This document shows positions 1-8,943 of a stretch of 64,000 nucleotides of DNA, piece after piece. Positions within the stretch are counted from its first letter, which is position 1; every line of letters begins with the position of its first letter. The notes under the pieces were generated by a model. It was not told where the DNA came from, did not search any database, and saw only the letters and a list, made by a program, of their open reading frames with translations. Origin of the DNA: an uncultured virus (IMG/VR IMGVR_UViG_3300023094_000010). Its lineage: Duplodnaviria > Heunggongvirae > Uroviricota > Caudoviricetes. The stretch lies in the IMG/VR virus record IMGVR_UViG_3300023094_000010. One strand, given 5' to 3'. The position numbers and the translations under genes were made by a program.

Positions 1-27
1 AGCTGAGTTGCAGCGACCGTTGCCGTA

Positions 28-1893
28 ATGATCGACCTCAAAGCCCTGAGCCGCGAAGTCGCTCTCCCTCTCCACCTCGACGATCCGATGACCGCGGCCC
101 GCATGGCGCTTGACGGCCTCGGGAAGGCGGACGTCCTGATCACGACCAACCACGACGCGTACACAGTTCTGTCGGCGCTCCTGCACGCGCTCCTTGACAA
201 CGACATGTACGCCGAGGCCGCATGCCTCCTATGGAAGCCATCGCAATTCACGGCCGAGCCGGAGTCGGTGGGGGCGATTTTTTCCAACCTTTTCAGCGAG
301 AGCCAAATCTTGGTTCAGGGTGCGGCGTCGATGGGGAAATCTTTTTCGATCGGCGTCTGGATGTATCTCGACTGGCTGCGAGATCCGGCGAACACGAACG
401 TGCAGGTGGTCGGGCCGAGCGAGGACCACTTGGAGAAAAATTTGTTCTCCCACTTGATCAGCCTGCACAACTCATGCAGCATCCCGAGCCCGGGCACGGT
501 GACCACCCTCTGTATCGCGCTTGATCCTCACGACAAGTACGCCGGCATTAAGGGGCTCGTGATCCCGCTCGGCAAGAAGAGCGCCGGCAAACTGCAAGGC
601 GTCAAGGTGAAGCCCCGCAAAGTCCCGCACCCGCGGCTGGGCAAGATGACGCGCCTGCGCGTGGTGTTGGAGGAGGCCGAGAACATCCACGTCGGCATCT
701 GGGAGGACATGATCAATTTGTCCGCCAACGCCGCGAACAAGGAGCAATTCAAAGTTATTGCCGCGTACAATCCGAAGGACCGGAGTTCGCAAGTCGGCAT
801 CCGCGCCGAGCCGCAGGATGGCTGGGGTTCTGTCGACATCGACACCTCCTACCAGTGGTACACGAAGCGCGGCTGGAAGCTTATCCGGCTCGACGGCTGG
901 AAGTCTGAGAACGTGATTTTGGACTGGGAGAAGTACGCCGGCCTGCAGACGAAGCGCGGCTTGGAAGTCCTCACCCTGCAGGCCGGCGGCATGAACACGG
1001 CCGGTTATTACACGATGGCGCGTGGCTGGTACCCCGAGGAGGGTCTGGACACCGTTGTGTTTCCCCCGGGCCTCCTGAAGGACGAGGCGGTTGTTGGCGA
1101 GTACATCTGGGCGGAGGAGCCGGTGAACGTCGGGTCCTTGGATTCGGCGCTCGAGGGCGAGGATACCGCCATTTTCAAGACCGGCCGTTTCGGGCCGGCG
1201 TTCGGATACAAAACGCTGCCATCGCTGACAGACCGAGGGGTACCCCCGACCATCCTTTTCAAGGACGCCCAAGGCCGGCGCACCTACCGGCAGGTGCTGC
1301 AGGTGGATCAGATCATTTCCGTGCCGAAAGGCCGCACCGAGGAGGTCGGCGAGTCCACGATCAAGCTGGCGAAGGCCGCTGGCATCAAACCAGAATGGCT
1401 CGGCATCGACCGCACCGGTAACGGTGCCGGCGTTCACGACTACGTCCGAGCCAATTACGGCGATGCAGTGCATGGTATCAACGGCTCGACGTCCTCGACG
1501 GACATGCGTATCTTGGTCGAGGATAAACTCTTACCCTGCGACGAGTACAATCTGTTGTACACCGAGCTCTGGTTCGCCCTGAAGAAGTGGGTCGAGGTGG
1601 GCGTGTGCAAGTTCGCCTTCTCGCTTCCCCGCGACCCCTTGGTGTCCGAGCTTTTGGGCCGGCGGTACATCCAGCCGGTGGGGAGTCCCAAGGTGAGGGT
1701 CGAGCCGAAGAAGGCCTACAAGTCGCGAGGCAACAAGAGCCCCGACCGCGCCGACGCCTTGACGATGCTGCTGCACGTGGTGCGTCTGCAGACGTCGCTT
1801 GTCCAATCGTATCGGACTGGAAGCGTTGCAGAGAACGAGGGTCCGATGAAGCAGAGGATCGACTCGACAAATCGTTTCCAGTCCTTGGATTGA
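28..1893 (+). CDS. terL: Terminase large subunit
   Basis: Walker A-like QGAASMGKS, Walker B-like VVLEEAE, nuclease motifs GIDRTGNG and KSPDRADAL; 621 aa at the start of the structural arm. Confidence 0.9.
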   Translation: MIDLKALSREVALPLHLDDPMTAARMALDGLGKADVLITTNHDAYTVLSALLHALLDNDMYAEAACLLWKPSQFTAEPESVGAIFSNLFSESQILVQGAASMGKSFSIGVWMYLDWLRDPANTNVQVVGPSEDHLEKNLFSHLISLHNSCSIPSPGTVTTLCIALDPHDKYAGIKGLVIPLGKKSAGKLQGVKVKPRKVPHPRLGKMTRLRVVLEEAENIHVGIWEDMINLSANAANKEQFKVIAAYNPKDRSSQVGIRAEPQDGWGSVDIDTSYQWYTKRGWKLIRLDGWKSENVILDWEKYAGLQTKRGLEVLTLQAGGMNTAGYYTMARGWYPEEGLDTVVFPPGLLKDEAVVGEYIWAEEPVNVGSLDSALEGEDTAIFKTGRFGPAFGYKTLPSLTDRGVPPTILFKDAQGRRTYRQVLQVDQIISVPKGRTEEVGESTIKLAKAAGIKPEWLGIDRTGNGAGVHDYVRANYGDAVHGINGSTSSTDMRILVEDKLLPCDEYNLLYTELWFALKKWVEVGVCKFAFSLPRDPLVSELLGRRYIQPVGSPKVRVEPKKAYKSRGNKSPDRADALTMLLHVVRLQTSLVQSYRTGSVAENEGPMKQRIDSTNRFQSLD

Positions 1894-1894
1894 C

Positions 1895-1903
1895 GTAGAC
1901 TCT
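1895..1903 (+). promoter_or_regulatory. GTAGACTCT putative late-promoter motif, copy 1
   Basis: Exact 9-mer 13 nt before ATG 1917; recurs nine times in the late arm. Confidence 0.75.
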
Positions 1904-1916
1904 TTTCGACAGAGTC

Positions 1917-2405
1917 ATGGCCAACCTGAATTTTCCTCAAGCGACGCCTGTGGGCACGACGAAGCTCGTCGGGTTCGACGCGGCCACGCCCGGCGGAGAA
2001 AAGACGTATCTGGCCAAGGATCTTCCCGTGTCAGACGCCACAGCAGCCGCGATCGCTGCGGCGGTCGGAGGTGTGTTTTCTCAGCGCACAAGCTCGAATT
2101 CGATGGGGGACATCACGGTGACGTTTTCAGCTGGAAAAAGGCTCCACGTTGAAGAGGTTGTGTTCAGTGGGGCTCCCCGCACCACGGACATCGTAGCATC
2201 GAATTCCGATCGAGAGTCCGGAGACCTCTTGATCCTGCGGCTTGTAAACGATTCCGTGACCGGCGTTGTGCAGGATGTGTACAGCACCGACGATGAGGGG
2301 GACTCCATTTATTCGCTTGCGAGCGATGATGGCACGGCAGTTTTAGTTCTTTTTTTCACAGGCTCCGTTTGGAAGAAACTTTTCAATGTGCAGCCGATTC
2401 AATAA
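1917..2405 (+). CDS. Hypothetical virion-associated protein
   Basis: 162-aa ORF, beta-rich composition, follows late motif, precedes fibre genes. Confidence 0.6.
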   Translation: MANLNFPQATPVGTTKLVGFDAATPGGEKTYLAKDLPVSDATAAAIAAAVGGVFSQRTSSNSMGDITVTFSAGKRLHVEEVVFSGAPRTTDIVASNSDRESGDLLILRLVNDSVTGVVQDVYSTDDEGDSIYSLASDDGTAVLVLFFTGSVWKKLFNVQPIQ

Positions 2406-2412
2406 ATTTCCC

Positions 2413-4026
2413 ATGTTTAAAAAACTTCTACTCACGCTCGCGCTTGTGACCGGCCTCTCGGCCGAAGCGCCCGCTCAGGCCAATATCCAACGCGTCGGCG
2501 GCACGAACACTGATAAGTTCGATGTCACGGTGCCGCTTGCCGTACCGTCCGGAAAGTCGATTACGATCAACTCGGGGGCGAGTATCATCGCGCAGCCGGG
2601 TGCAACCGTAAGCGGATTTACTGGTGCGCAAATCGGCGTGCTCGACGCGTATGGCAACCTAATCCTTTCCGACGTCGTGAAGCCTACCGCGCCGACGGCG
2701 GTTCTGGGCGCATCGGGGTCACTCACCGGCACTGCGGTCTATCAGGTATCCTACCTGACAGCGCAGGGCGAGACCCCGCTGAGCCCGAACAGCTCGACCA
2801 TCACGCCGTCATCGCAACGAGTCATGGTCACGCTTCCTGTCTCCACGGATTCTCGGGTCACGGCTCGTCGACTGTGGCGCTCTAAGGTGGGGGACACCTC
2901 CCGCACCTATCTTGTTACCCAGATCTCCGACAACACCACGACCAGCTACTCGGACAACACGGTTGACGGCTCGCTCGGCATCGAAAGTCATTACCTTTTT
3001 TCGGTAATTGGAAGTGCTGCCCCTGCAATCAAAGTTGGCAGCGTCACTGTTTTTCGAGATAGCGGACTGAATCTTTCAATCGCAAACAACGCCGGCATCA
3101 GTTGGACACCGAGTTCCTTTTATAATATCGGCATAGGAGGCGGAGCCCTTAGAAACAATACACTCGGTGAGGGCAATACGGCCGTTGGTGGCGGTTCACA
3201 GAACTCGTTAATCTCGGGCTCGGGAAACGCCTCATTTGCTGAAAAGTCTTTGTTTAGTGCAACGTATGCCGACGCAAATACGGCAATCGGCGGGAATGCA
3301 GGGTTCAACGTGACTGGTAGTTACAATACTCTGACTGGAAACAGCTCCGGCGACACTCTTACCACCGGCGAATACAACTCCCTTTTTGGTTTTCACTCGG
3401 GCCGCACCACCTCCGCCAATATCACCACGGGGTCTTACAATACATACATCGGCGTTGATACCGGCGGCGCTAGTTCGGGAGTCAGCAACGCGACGGCATT
3501 GGGTGAGGGTGCAATCGCGCCCGCCTCGAATACGATGATGCTGGGCAAGTCGGGGGTGCGTGTGTTGGTTAGCGGCACGGGCGACAATGGCGGTTCAGCC
3601 CTTCAAGTGCCGGGCGACATCTTGAGTCGTCGTTCTTCGGGTGATAATGTCATGCAGCTTTACGCGCCCGCAGGCGTGTCAAAACGCATGCGCTTGGGCA
3701 ACACATCCGGCACGGGCGGCACGCTGCGCTGGGACTTCGGATCGGATGGAGAAAGCGAAGCGGGCAGTAATGCAGGATCAAATTTCTTTATTGCCCGTTA
3801 TGCGGACAACGGAGACTTCCTCGGAAGCCCGATCACGATCAGCCGCAACTTTGGCGCTGTCGCAATCGAAGGCGCAGCGAGTGTGGGCGGCGTGCTTACG
3901 ACGTTCGCAGATGTTAACTGGACCGGGACGGGTGCGACAGGCCCCGTGCTCCGTGCGCCTGATGGCTCCAAGTGGCGCATCACCGTGACCAACGCCGGCG
4001 AACTCGGAACCGTTTCCGTCCCTTAA
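2413..4026 (+). CDS. Tail fibre/adhesin-like protein with N-terminal signal peptide
   Basis: Start MFKKLLLTLALVTGLSAEAPAQ; Gly/Ser/Thr/Asn-rich NTAxG-type repeats; C-terminal LRAPDGSKWRITVTNAGEL. Confidence 0.7.
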   Translation: MFKKLLLTLALVTGLSAEAPAQANIQRVGGTNTDKFDVTVPLAVPSGKSITINSGASIIAQPGATVSGFTGAQIGVLDAYGNLILSDVVKPTAPTAVLGASGSLTGTAVYQVSYLTAQGETPLSPNSSTITPSSQRVMVTLPVSTDSRVTARRLWRSKVGDTSRTYLVTQISDNTTTSYSDNTVDGSLGIESHYLFSVIGSAAPAIKVGSVTVFRDSGLNLSIANNAGISWTPSSFYNIGIGGGALRNNTLGEGNTAVGGGSQNSLISGSGNASFAEKSLFSATYADANTAIGGNAGFNVTGSYNTLTGNSSGDTLTTGEYNSLFGFHSGRTTSANITTGSYNTYIGVDTGGASSGVSNATALGEGAIAPASNTMMLGKSGVRVLVSGTGDNGGSALQVPGDILSRRSSGDNVMQLYAPAGVSKRMRLGNTSGTGGTLRWDFGSDGESEAGSNAGSNFFIARYADNGDFLGSPITISRNFGAVAIEGAASVGGVLTTFADVNWTGTGATGPVLRAPDGSKWRITVTNAGELGTVSVP

Positions 4027-4035
4027 TTTCATCCC

Positions 4036-5400
4036 ATGAAAACAAAGCTACTGCTCCTCCTCGCAATCATCACAGCGCCTGCTTTCGGCCAGACGCTCCA
4101 GCCTTACGATCTTCGCGTAAGTACGATTAACTCAGCCGGCACATTGATCGTTCCGAATTATTCTGTCCGGGCAGACACTTCTGAGCCGGTGTTTGTATTT
4201 TTCGATAACACGTCGCTGGCGTGGGAATCGGCAAAGTTCGGAAACGCGTTCTCGCTGAACACCAGCACGAACTCCCTTGGTCTCAACATGAGCAACGTGC
4301 TCACTGATGCCGTCTCAGGGGGCATGGCGACGGAGACCTTTGCCGAAGGCTACACGGACGCGAAGGTCGCCGCCGCGATTGCCGACTCCGAGGAGTACCT
4401 TGAAGGGTTGATCGATGAAATCGAACTAACGCCAGGACCAGCCGGACCAGCCGGTCCGACCGGCGCAACGGGCGCTACTGGATTGACGGGGGCGACTGGT
4501 GCCACCGGCGCGGCCGGCCCCAAGGGCGATAAGGGTGACACCGGAGATACGGGCCTGACCGGCCCCGCCGGCACCAACGGTACGAATGGCACCAACGCCA
4601 CCAATCCGAGCTTTAGTGTTTCGACCGGCGCGGCGGGCGCGAGCGTGGTGCTCTCGGGCACGTACCCCAGCCTCACGCTGACCATCCCCCGGGGTGATAC
4701 GGGTGCAACGGGCAGCGCCGGTGCTGCGGGAACCAACGGCACGAACGGAAGCAACGGTGCGGCTGCAACGATAGCAGTCGGCACGGTCACCACGGGCGCC
4801 GCCGGCTCGAGCGTAACCATCACGAATGTCGGCACGTCCTCGGCCGCGACGTTCAACTTCTCCATTCCCAAGGGCGACACCGGCGCGACCGGAGCCACTG
4901 GCGCAACGGGCGCGGCAGGGACGAATGCTCTCGTAACCTTGACCACCACCGGCACGGGTGCGGCCACCTACAACAGCGGCACGGGTGCGCTCAACATCCC
5001 GACCTATGCTCCGCCGGCTCGCGTGTTTTCCAATACGCCATCCCGCACGATCCAAACCGTCGCAGCGGCGGCGAACGGCTGGCAGATCGATGCCTCCCGC
5101 GACGCCTTCGTGAACTACTCGGTGACGATCAACACCAGCCTCACCCTGTCGGGCGGTACGTCAGGCTACGTTGTGCTCGAGATCAACGCGTCCAGCGCCA
5201 CCACCGGCTGGCAGGAGATCGACCGCGTGACCAGCGGCCAGAGCGGCACCGGCCTCGTCGTGGGTCTCGGCCTCAACAATGCCGGCGGTGGCGGTGTCAA
5301 CGGATATGTCCCGGCCGGTTACTACGTCCGTATCCGATCGGTGAATACCTCGGGCACGCCCACCTACGCGTACAACAGCGGCCAAGAAACCAAGCAGTGA
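4036..5400 (+). CDS. Collagen-like fibre protein with signal peptide
   Basis: [19 protein letters not shown]; three Gly-X-Y tracts (GATGATG, GTNGTNG) separated by IPRGD/IPKGD linker modules. Confidence 0.8.
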   Translation: MKTKLLLLLAIITAPAFGQTLQPYDLRVSTINSAGTLIVPNYSVRADTSEPVFVFFDNTSLAWESAKFGNAFSLNTSTNSLGLNMSNVLTDAVSGGMATETFAEGYTDAKVAAAIADSEEYLEGLIDEIELTPGPAGPAGPTGATGATGLTGATGATGAAGPKGDKGDTGDTGLTGPAGTNGTNGTNATNPSFSVSTGAAGASVVLSGTYPSLTLTIPRGDTGATGSAGAAGTNGTNGSNGAAATIAVGTVTTGAAGSSVTITNVGTSSAATFNFSIPKGDTGATGATGATGAAGTNALVTLTTTGTGAATYNSGTGALNIPTYAPPARVFSNTPSRTIQTVAAAANGWQIDASRDAFVNYSVTINTSLTLSGGTSGYVVLEINASSATTGWQEIDRVTSGQSGTGLVVGLGLNNAGGGGVNGYVPAGYYVRIRSVNTSGTPTYAYNSGQETKQ

Positions 5401-5891
5401 TCCCCACCGGCCCACAGTCCGTCAAGTTTCCGGACGAGCTGATCACCACGCCCATTTTCGGGCGTGCGGATTACGTCCGTTTTCTCGCGCCGTTTCATTT
5501 CGATTCGGACATCGTGGGCCGGGTCACGGCGGAGAAGGGGTTCGACAGCGATGGCGCGAGTATCCCTCTCCTGATCCGTCCCATCATCAATCCGGGCGGC
5601 GGCCTGCGCTGGGCGTCGGCCCCGCACGACGTGCTCTATCACTACGGCGCGGTGTCGTGCGAGCCGGGAGCGCGGCCCGTGACGCAGAAGGAGGCCGACA
5701 AAGTCATTCGCGAAGCGATGGAAGCCTGCGGGTCCAACGGCCTGATGATCGACACCGTTTACCGCGCTCTCCGCCTCTGCGGCTGGGTAGCGTGGAACCG
5801 CGCACGTAAGGCGCGAGAGCACGAGCTCAATGGCGGCGTCTACACGCCCGTCGCTCCGACTTTTGTCCGCAAGAAATGGAAAAAACAATGA
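5397..5891 (+). CDS. DUF1353-like protein
   Basis: [15 protein letters not shown] and [12 protein letters not shown] motifs; GTGA overlap with upstream stop. Confidence 0.75.
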   Translation: MIPTGPQSVKFPDELITTPIFGRADYVRFLAPFHFDSDIVGRVTAEKGFDSDGASIPLLIRPIINPGGGLRWASAPHDVLYHYGAVSCEPGARPVTQKEADKVIREAMEACGSNGLMIDTVYRALRLCGWVAWNRARKAREHELNGGVYTPVAPTFVRKKWKKQ

Positions 5892-6166
5892 AAACTCTCC
5901 TCGTCCTCATCTCCCTCGCGCTCCTCTCCGGATGCGCGGCTCGCACCCGCATCACGATCAAGTCCACTGACGGCACGGTCGCGGAGTTCAATTCCGGCAA
6001 GAACGTCAAGTTCGAGTATCTCCTGCTCACCGACAAAAAACTCGAGATCAAAAATCTCGTGACGGATGCGAGCTCCGTGATCAAGGAAAAGAACGTCGGT
6101 GTCGTGGCTGTCACGGGCACCATCAGCGACGCAGCGAAGGCCGCGGCCCCGCTTTTAATTCCATGA
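5888..6166 (+). CDS. Small lipoprotein
   Basis: [16 protein letters not shown] lipobox. Confidence 0.7.
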   Translation: MKTLLVLISLALLSGCAARTRITIKSTDGTVAEFNSGKNVKFEYLLLTDKKLEIKNLVTDASSVIKEKNVGVVAVTGTISDAAKAAAPLLIP

Positions 6167-6176
6167 AGATTTTTCG

Positions 6177-6204
6177 TTGTCTTTTCAAAGCCCCGTGGTA
6201 AAGT
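6177..6204 (+). promoter_or_regulatory. Sigma70-type promoter for the RNA island
   Basis: TTGTCT-N16-TAAAGT with TGn extension, 17 nt upstream of tmRNA 5' end. Confidence 0.55.
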
Positions 6205-6221
6205 GATCTCGTTCTTTGATT

Positions 6222-6592
6222 GGGGCTGTTAAGGAGTCGATTCCAAGACAAGTTCCCTGCTGCATGCAGAGCACGGTGCGTCGCTCTTTAAAACGCGCAC
6301 CAAACACAAACGGCAACACCAATCGCCTGCTCGCCTCCGCTCCCTCCGTGTCCGACGCTGACGCCATCTTGGCCAAGTTCGGGTACGTGGAAAAGTCCGA
6401 GCTTCAAGCCGCCTAAAACGGCCTGACGATCCCTCACATGGGTCGTATCCAAATGTGAACTACAATTGGCCGCGCAAGCTCGCGGATGGTGGAGGAGCGT
6501 CCATTTGGACATTCCCTATGTTAGGATTAAGCATGTCGACGCAGGGCGCAGACTTTTGGAAGACCCGGGTTCAAATCCCGGCAGCTCCACCA
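6222..6592 (+). ncRNA. ssrA: tmRNA
   Basis: 5' GGGGCTG, 3' T-arm CCGGGTTCAAATCCCGG then CAGCTCCACCA with G3:U pair; internal tag frame about 6312-6416 ending ELQAA*. Confidence 0.93.
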
Positions 6593-6673
6593 CTTTGGGT
6601 CTCGCACCGTTGCAACGGGGCGATGTACCCGCCGTCAGCCGGCCGGGATGCCCCACGATACGGGTCCAAATAT

Positions 6674-6751
6674 GATGGCGGTAGTTTAATATCAAAACCT
6701 TCAGGGGCTATACTCTGTTGATTGGGGGTGAGAATCCCTCCCGCTGTCCCA
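6674..6751 (+). ncRNA. tRNA-like element with non-canonical anticodon arm
   Basis: Acceptor ATGGCGG/CCGCTGT plus G-1:C73, D-arm GTTT/AAAC, T-arm GGGGG-TGAGAAT-CCCTC, CCA; no standard 7-nt anticodon loop. Confidence 0.6.
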
Positions 6752-6753
6752 TT

Positions 6754-7502
6754 CCCGGCCTTCACAGGCTCGGGTTCTCACTGCCCCTCTCACGCTCTGA
6801 AAGCGTGCTCTGGGCCGACCAACACCCCAGACGCGGATCTCGCAAAGTCCCCGCGTTTGCCATCCTCGGCGTTCCTGTAAGCCTTGCTTGTTGGGCTTCC
6901 GTCTCGTATTCACACGAGCACTACAGGATGTGAGAGTAGTTCCGGCGCTACGCAATCACCGGCAAGTTTGGGGAGGCTACGATGGTGGTCTTGTGCTCAT
7001 GAGGCACTGATCAAACTCGTACGTCGGGCCAGCGGGAACGCTGCTGCCTCCCCGCCAATTAGAGGGAGACGTCCGATCGTGACGGACCGTCGACTCATGG
7101 AGTCGACGTCGTATAGATGGACCTGTGCTAAGGTTGTGCGCTGCTTCGGGTAGCCGGCCGAAAACGAAAGTCTTGCGGATATTACGCCCTCGTCACTTCA
7201 GGCCCTGTCCGGACAGGACGCCTTCCGACAGTCGGACGTGATGCAAGCGACGATACAGCGGCACGAATTTCCGGTGGATGGGAGTGATTTTGCTCCCGTC
7301 CTCCGTCTGATCATGACAGACGAAATAATGCTCCGATAAAGCATTCGTTGTGTGGGCCGAACGAAGCAGGACACCGAAGTGGCTGGGTCACGAGGGAAAA
7401 CTCGCCAGCCAGACGGAAACGCGCTCAGAGCGAAGTAGCCAAAAGTAAAGTAGGCCTCGGCCGAAACGCGAAGTAGCCAAAAGCCGATGTTCATCGCCGT
7501 CT
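6754..7502 (+). ncRNA. Large (~750 nt) highly structured ncRNA, family unidentified
   Basis: No credible ORF; more than 15 hairpins, nested long-range stems, GGAA and cUUCGg tetraloops; lies between tmRNA and tRNAs. Confidence 0.7.
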
Positions 7503-7507
7503 TTTTC

Positions 7508-7584
7508 ATCTTCCTTAGCTCAGTCGGTAGAGCGGCGGTCTCCAAAACCGCAGGTCGAAGGTTCGAGGCCTTCAGGAGATGCCA
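7508..7584 (+). tRNA. trnW: tRNA-Trp(CCA)
   Basis: Anticodon arm GCGGT-CTCCAAA-ACCGC, T-arm GAAGG-TTCGAGG-CCTTC, CCA end; acceptor stem has one bulge or mismatch. Confidence 0.88.
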
Positions 7585-7646
7585 TTTTACGACGGGATAA
7601 GGCGGCCGCGTTAGTATTTCCGATGCAAACTCTCGTCCCCATTTTC

Positions 7647-7722
7647 GCGTCGGTAACTCAGTTGATAGAGTGCCTGACTTCCACTCAGGCGGTCGCGGGT
7701 TTGAGTCCCGCCCGACGCTCCA
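7647..7722 (+). tRNA. trnG: tRNA-Gly(TCC)
   Basis: GCGTCGG/CCGACGC acceptor, CCTGA-CTTCCAC-TCAGG anticodon arm, U73 and CCA. Confidence 0.92.
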
Positions 7723-7858
7723 ATTTACCAGCAGTATACTAGCCTCGCCATGAGGCCGCCCACATAACAGCCCCGCGAGTCGGGGCCGTCGCTGGTCACT
7801 GTGGGGGGATAGTTCAAAGGTCGGTCGGACGACTTGTAATGGCGAGATCCGAACAGTT

Positions 7859-7934
7859 GCCCTCGTGGTCTAAACGGTTATGACACCTCCCTTTCACGGA
7901 GGAGATTTGGGTTCGATTCCCGGCGGGGGTACCA
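7859..7934 (+). tRNA. trnE: tRNA-Glu(TTC)
   Basis: CCTCC-CTTTCAC-GGAGG anticodon arm, GGTTCGATTCC T-loop, CCA. Confidence 0.92.
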
Positions 7935-7958
7935 TTTTACAGACCGTGGGGTCGATAG

Positions 7959-7967
7959 GTAGACTCT
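7959..7967 (+). promoter_or_regulatory. GTAGACTCT late motif, copy 2
   Basis: 6 nt before ATG 7974. Confidence 0.75.
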
Positions 7968-7973
7968 AAGTCA

Positions 7974-8717
7974 ATGGCACTCGAAACATTCGTCGTCTTC
8001 GGCGATCCCCACGGCGACGAGATTGACCCGGCGATGAAAGCTTCGCTCCTGAATTTTCTTCGGGAGTTCAAGCCTGACATCCTCGTAAACGCGGGGGACA
8101 ATTTCAATTTCAGCCACATCCGCTGCAAGGCCTCGCCGGCTGAGCGTAACGCGTCGTCCGCGGAAGATTGGCGTGCCGGCAGTGAGTTTTTCCTCGAAGC
8201 GATGTCCTTTGGCAGGAGTCGCTTTTTCCTGCGTGGCAATCATGACGAGCGTCTCTGGGACGTCGCCAAGAATTCGCTCGAGTCCGATCGCCGCGATGCG
8301 GCCGAGGAGGGCATTCGAAAGATCGAGCAGATGGTGCGCCGTCGTCGCGCCGTGATGCTGCCGTATCATTCGAACAAGGGTGTTCTCGATGTCGACGGCC
8401 TCCGAGTGATCCACGGGTACTCGGCCGGCGTCGGCGCGGCGCGTAAATTCGCGCAGGTGTACGGATCGTGCGCGTTTGCCCACACCCACTCCATGGACGT
8501 GGCTCCGGTCGAGCAGTGGCCCCACGCGGCCGTCGCGTACGGCACCGGGTGCCTCATGCGGATCGATCAAGAGTACAACGCTCGTAACCTCGGAAAGCTC
8601 CGGCACGAGAACGGTTGGCTCTATGGATTTGTCAAAGACGGAAAAGCGACATACTTTCAAGCCAAACAAAATGCTGACAAAAAAGTCTACGCTCCGACCG
8701 ACTTTAAAGGGTTCTGA
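7974..8717 (+). CDS. Calcineurin-like metallophosphoesterase
   Basis: GDPHG, AGD, GNHDER, HG and AHTH metal-binding motifs. Confidence 0.85.
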   Translation: MALETFVVFGDPHGDEIDPAMKASLLNFLREFKPDILVNAGDNFNFSHIRCKASPAERNASSAEDWRAGSEFFLEAMSFGRSRFFLRGNHDERLWDVAKNSLESDRRDAAEEGIRKIEQMVRRRRAVMLPYHSNKGVLDVDGLRVIHGYSAGVGAARKFAQVYGSCAFAHTHSMDVAPVEQWPHAAVAYGTGCLMRIDQEYNARNLGKLRHENGWLYGFVKDGKATYFQAKQNADKKVYAPTDFKGF

Positions 8718-8943
8718 AGATCCGGCATGGCTGCGCCTGCTGGAGTCCGATTCCAAGGGCACCTTCACGCCCCAGCACCGCTCATTTATCCAGCTCAGGG
8801 AGCTGCGTCGGCTCGCAAAGCTCCCGTACGGAGAGAAAGCGACATACCGCTGGATCGCCGAACTCAAAGCCAACGGCAAGATCAGGGCCGATCGAGGTTT
8901 TGAGCCCGGCGGCCGAGCCACGATAAAATACATTTTCACGTGA
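8671..8943 (+). CDS. Small basic protein, possible winged HTH
   Basis: In-frame ATG at 8671; pattern TYRWIAELKANGKI; stop overlaps next start. Confidence 0.45.
   Translation: MLTKKSTLRPTLKGSEDPAWLRLLESDSKGTFTPQHRSFIQLRELRRLAKLPYGEKATYRWIAELKANGKIRADRGFEPGGRATIKYIFT

Noticed and set aside
4430..4925. Repetitive GC-rich DNA as a tandem repeat or hypervariable cassette
   Set aside because: Explained by Gly-X-Y collagen coding; no reverse transcriptase or template/variable repeat pair seen.
6216..6416. 66-aa ORF in the track
   Set aside because: It is the tmRNA 5' domain plus tag frame, not an independent gene.
6674..6751. Calling the element tRNA-His
   Set aside because: G-1:C73 is present but there is no GTG anticodon or 7-nt loop.
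6455..7545. Several short ORFs on both strands
   Set aside because: No codon bias or start context; the region is better explained as structured RNA.
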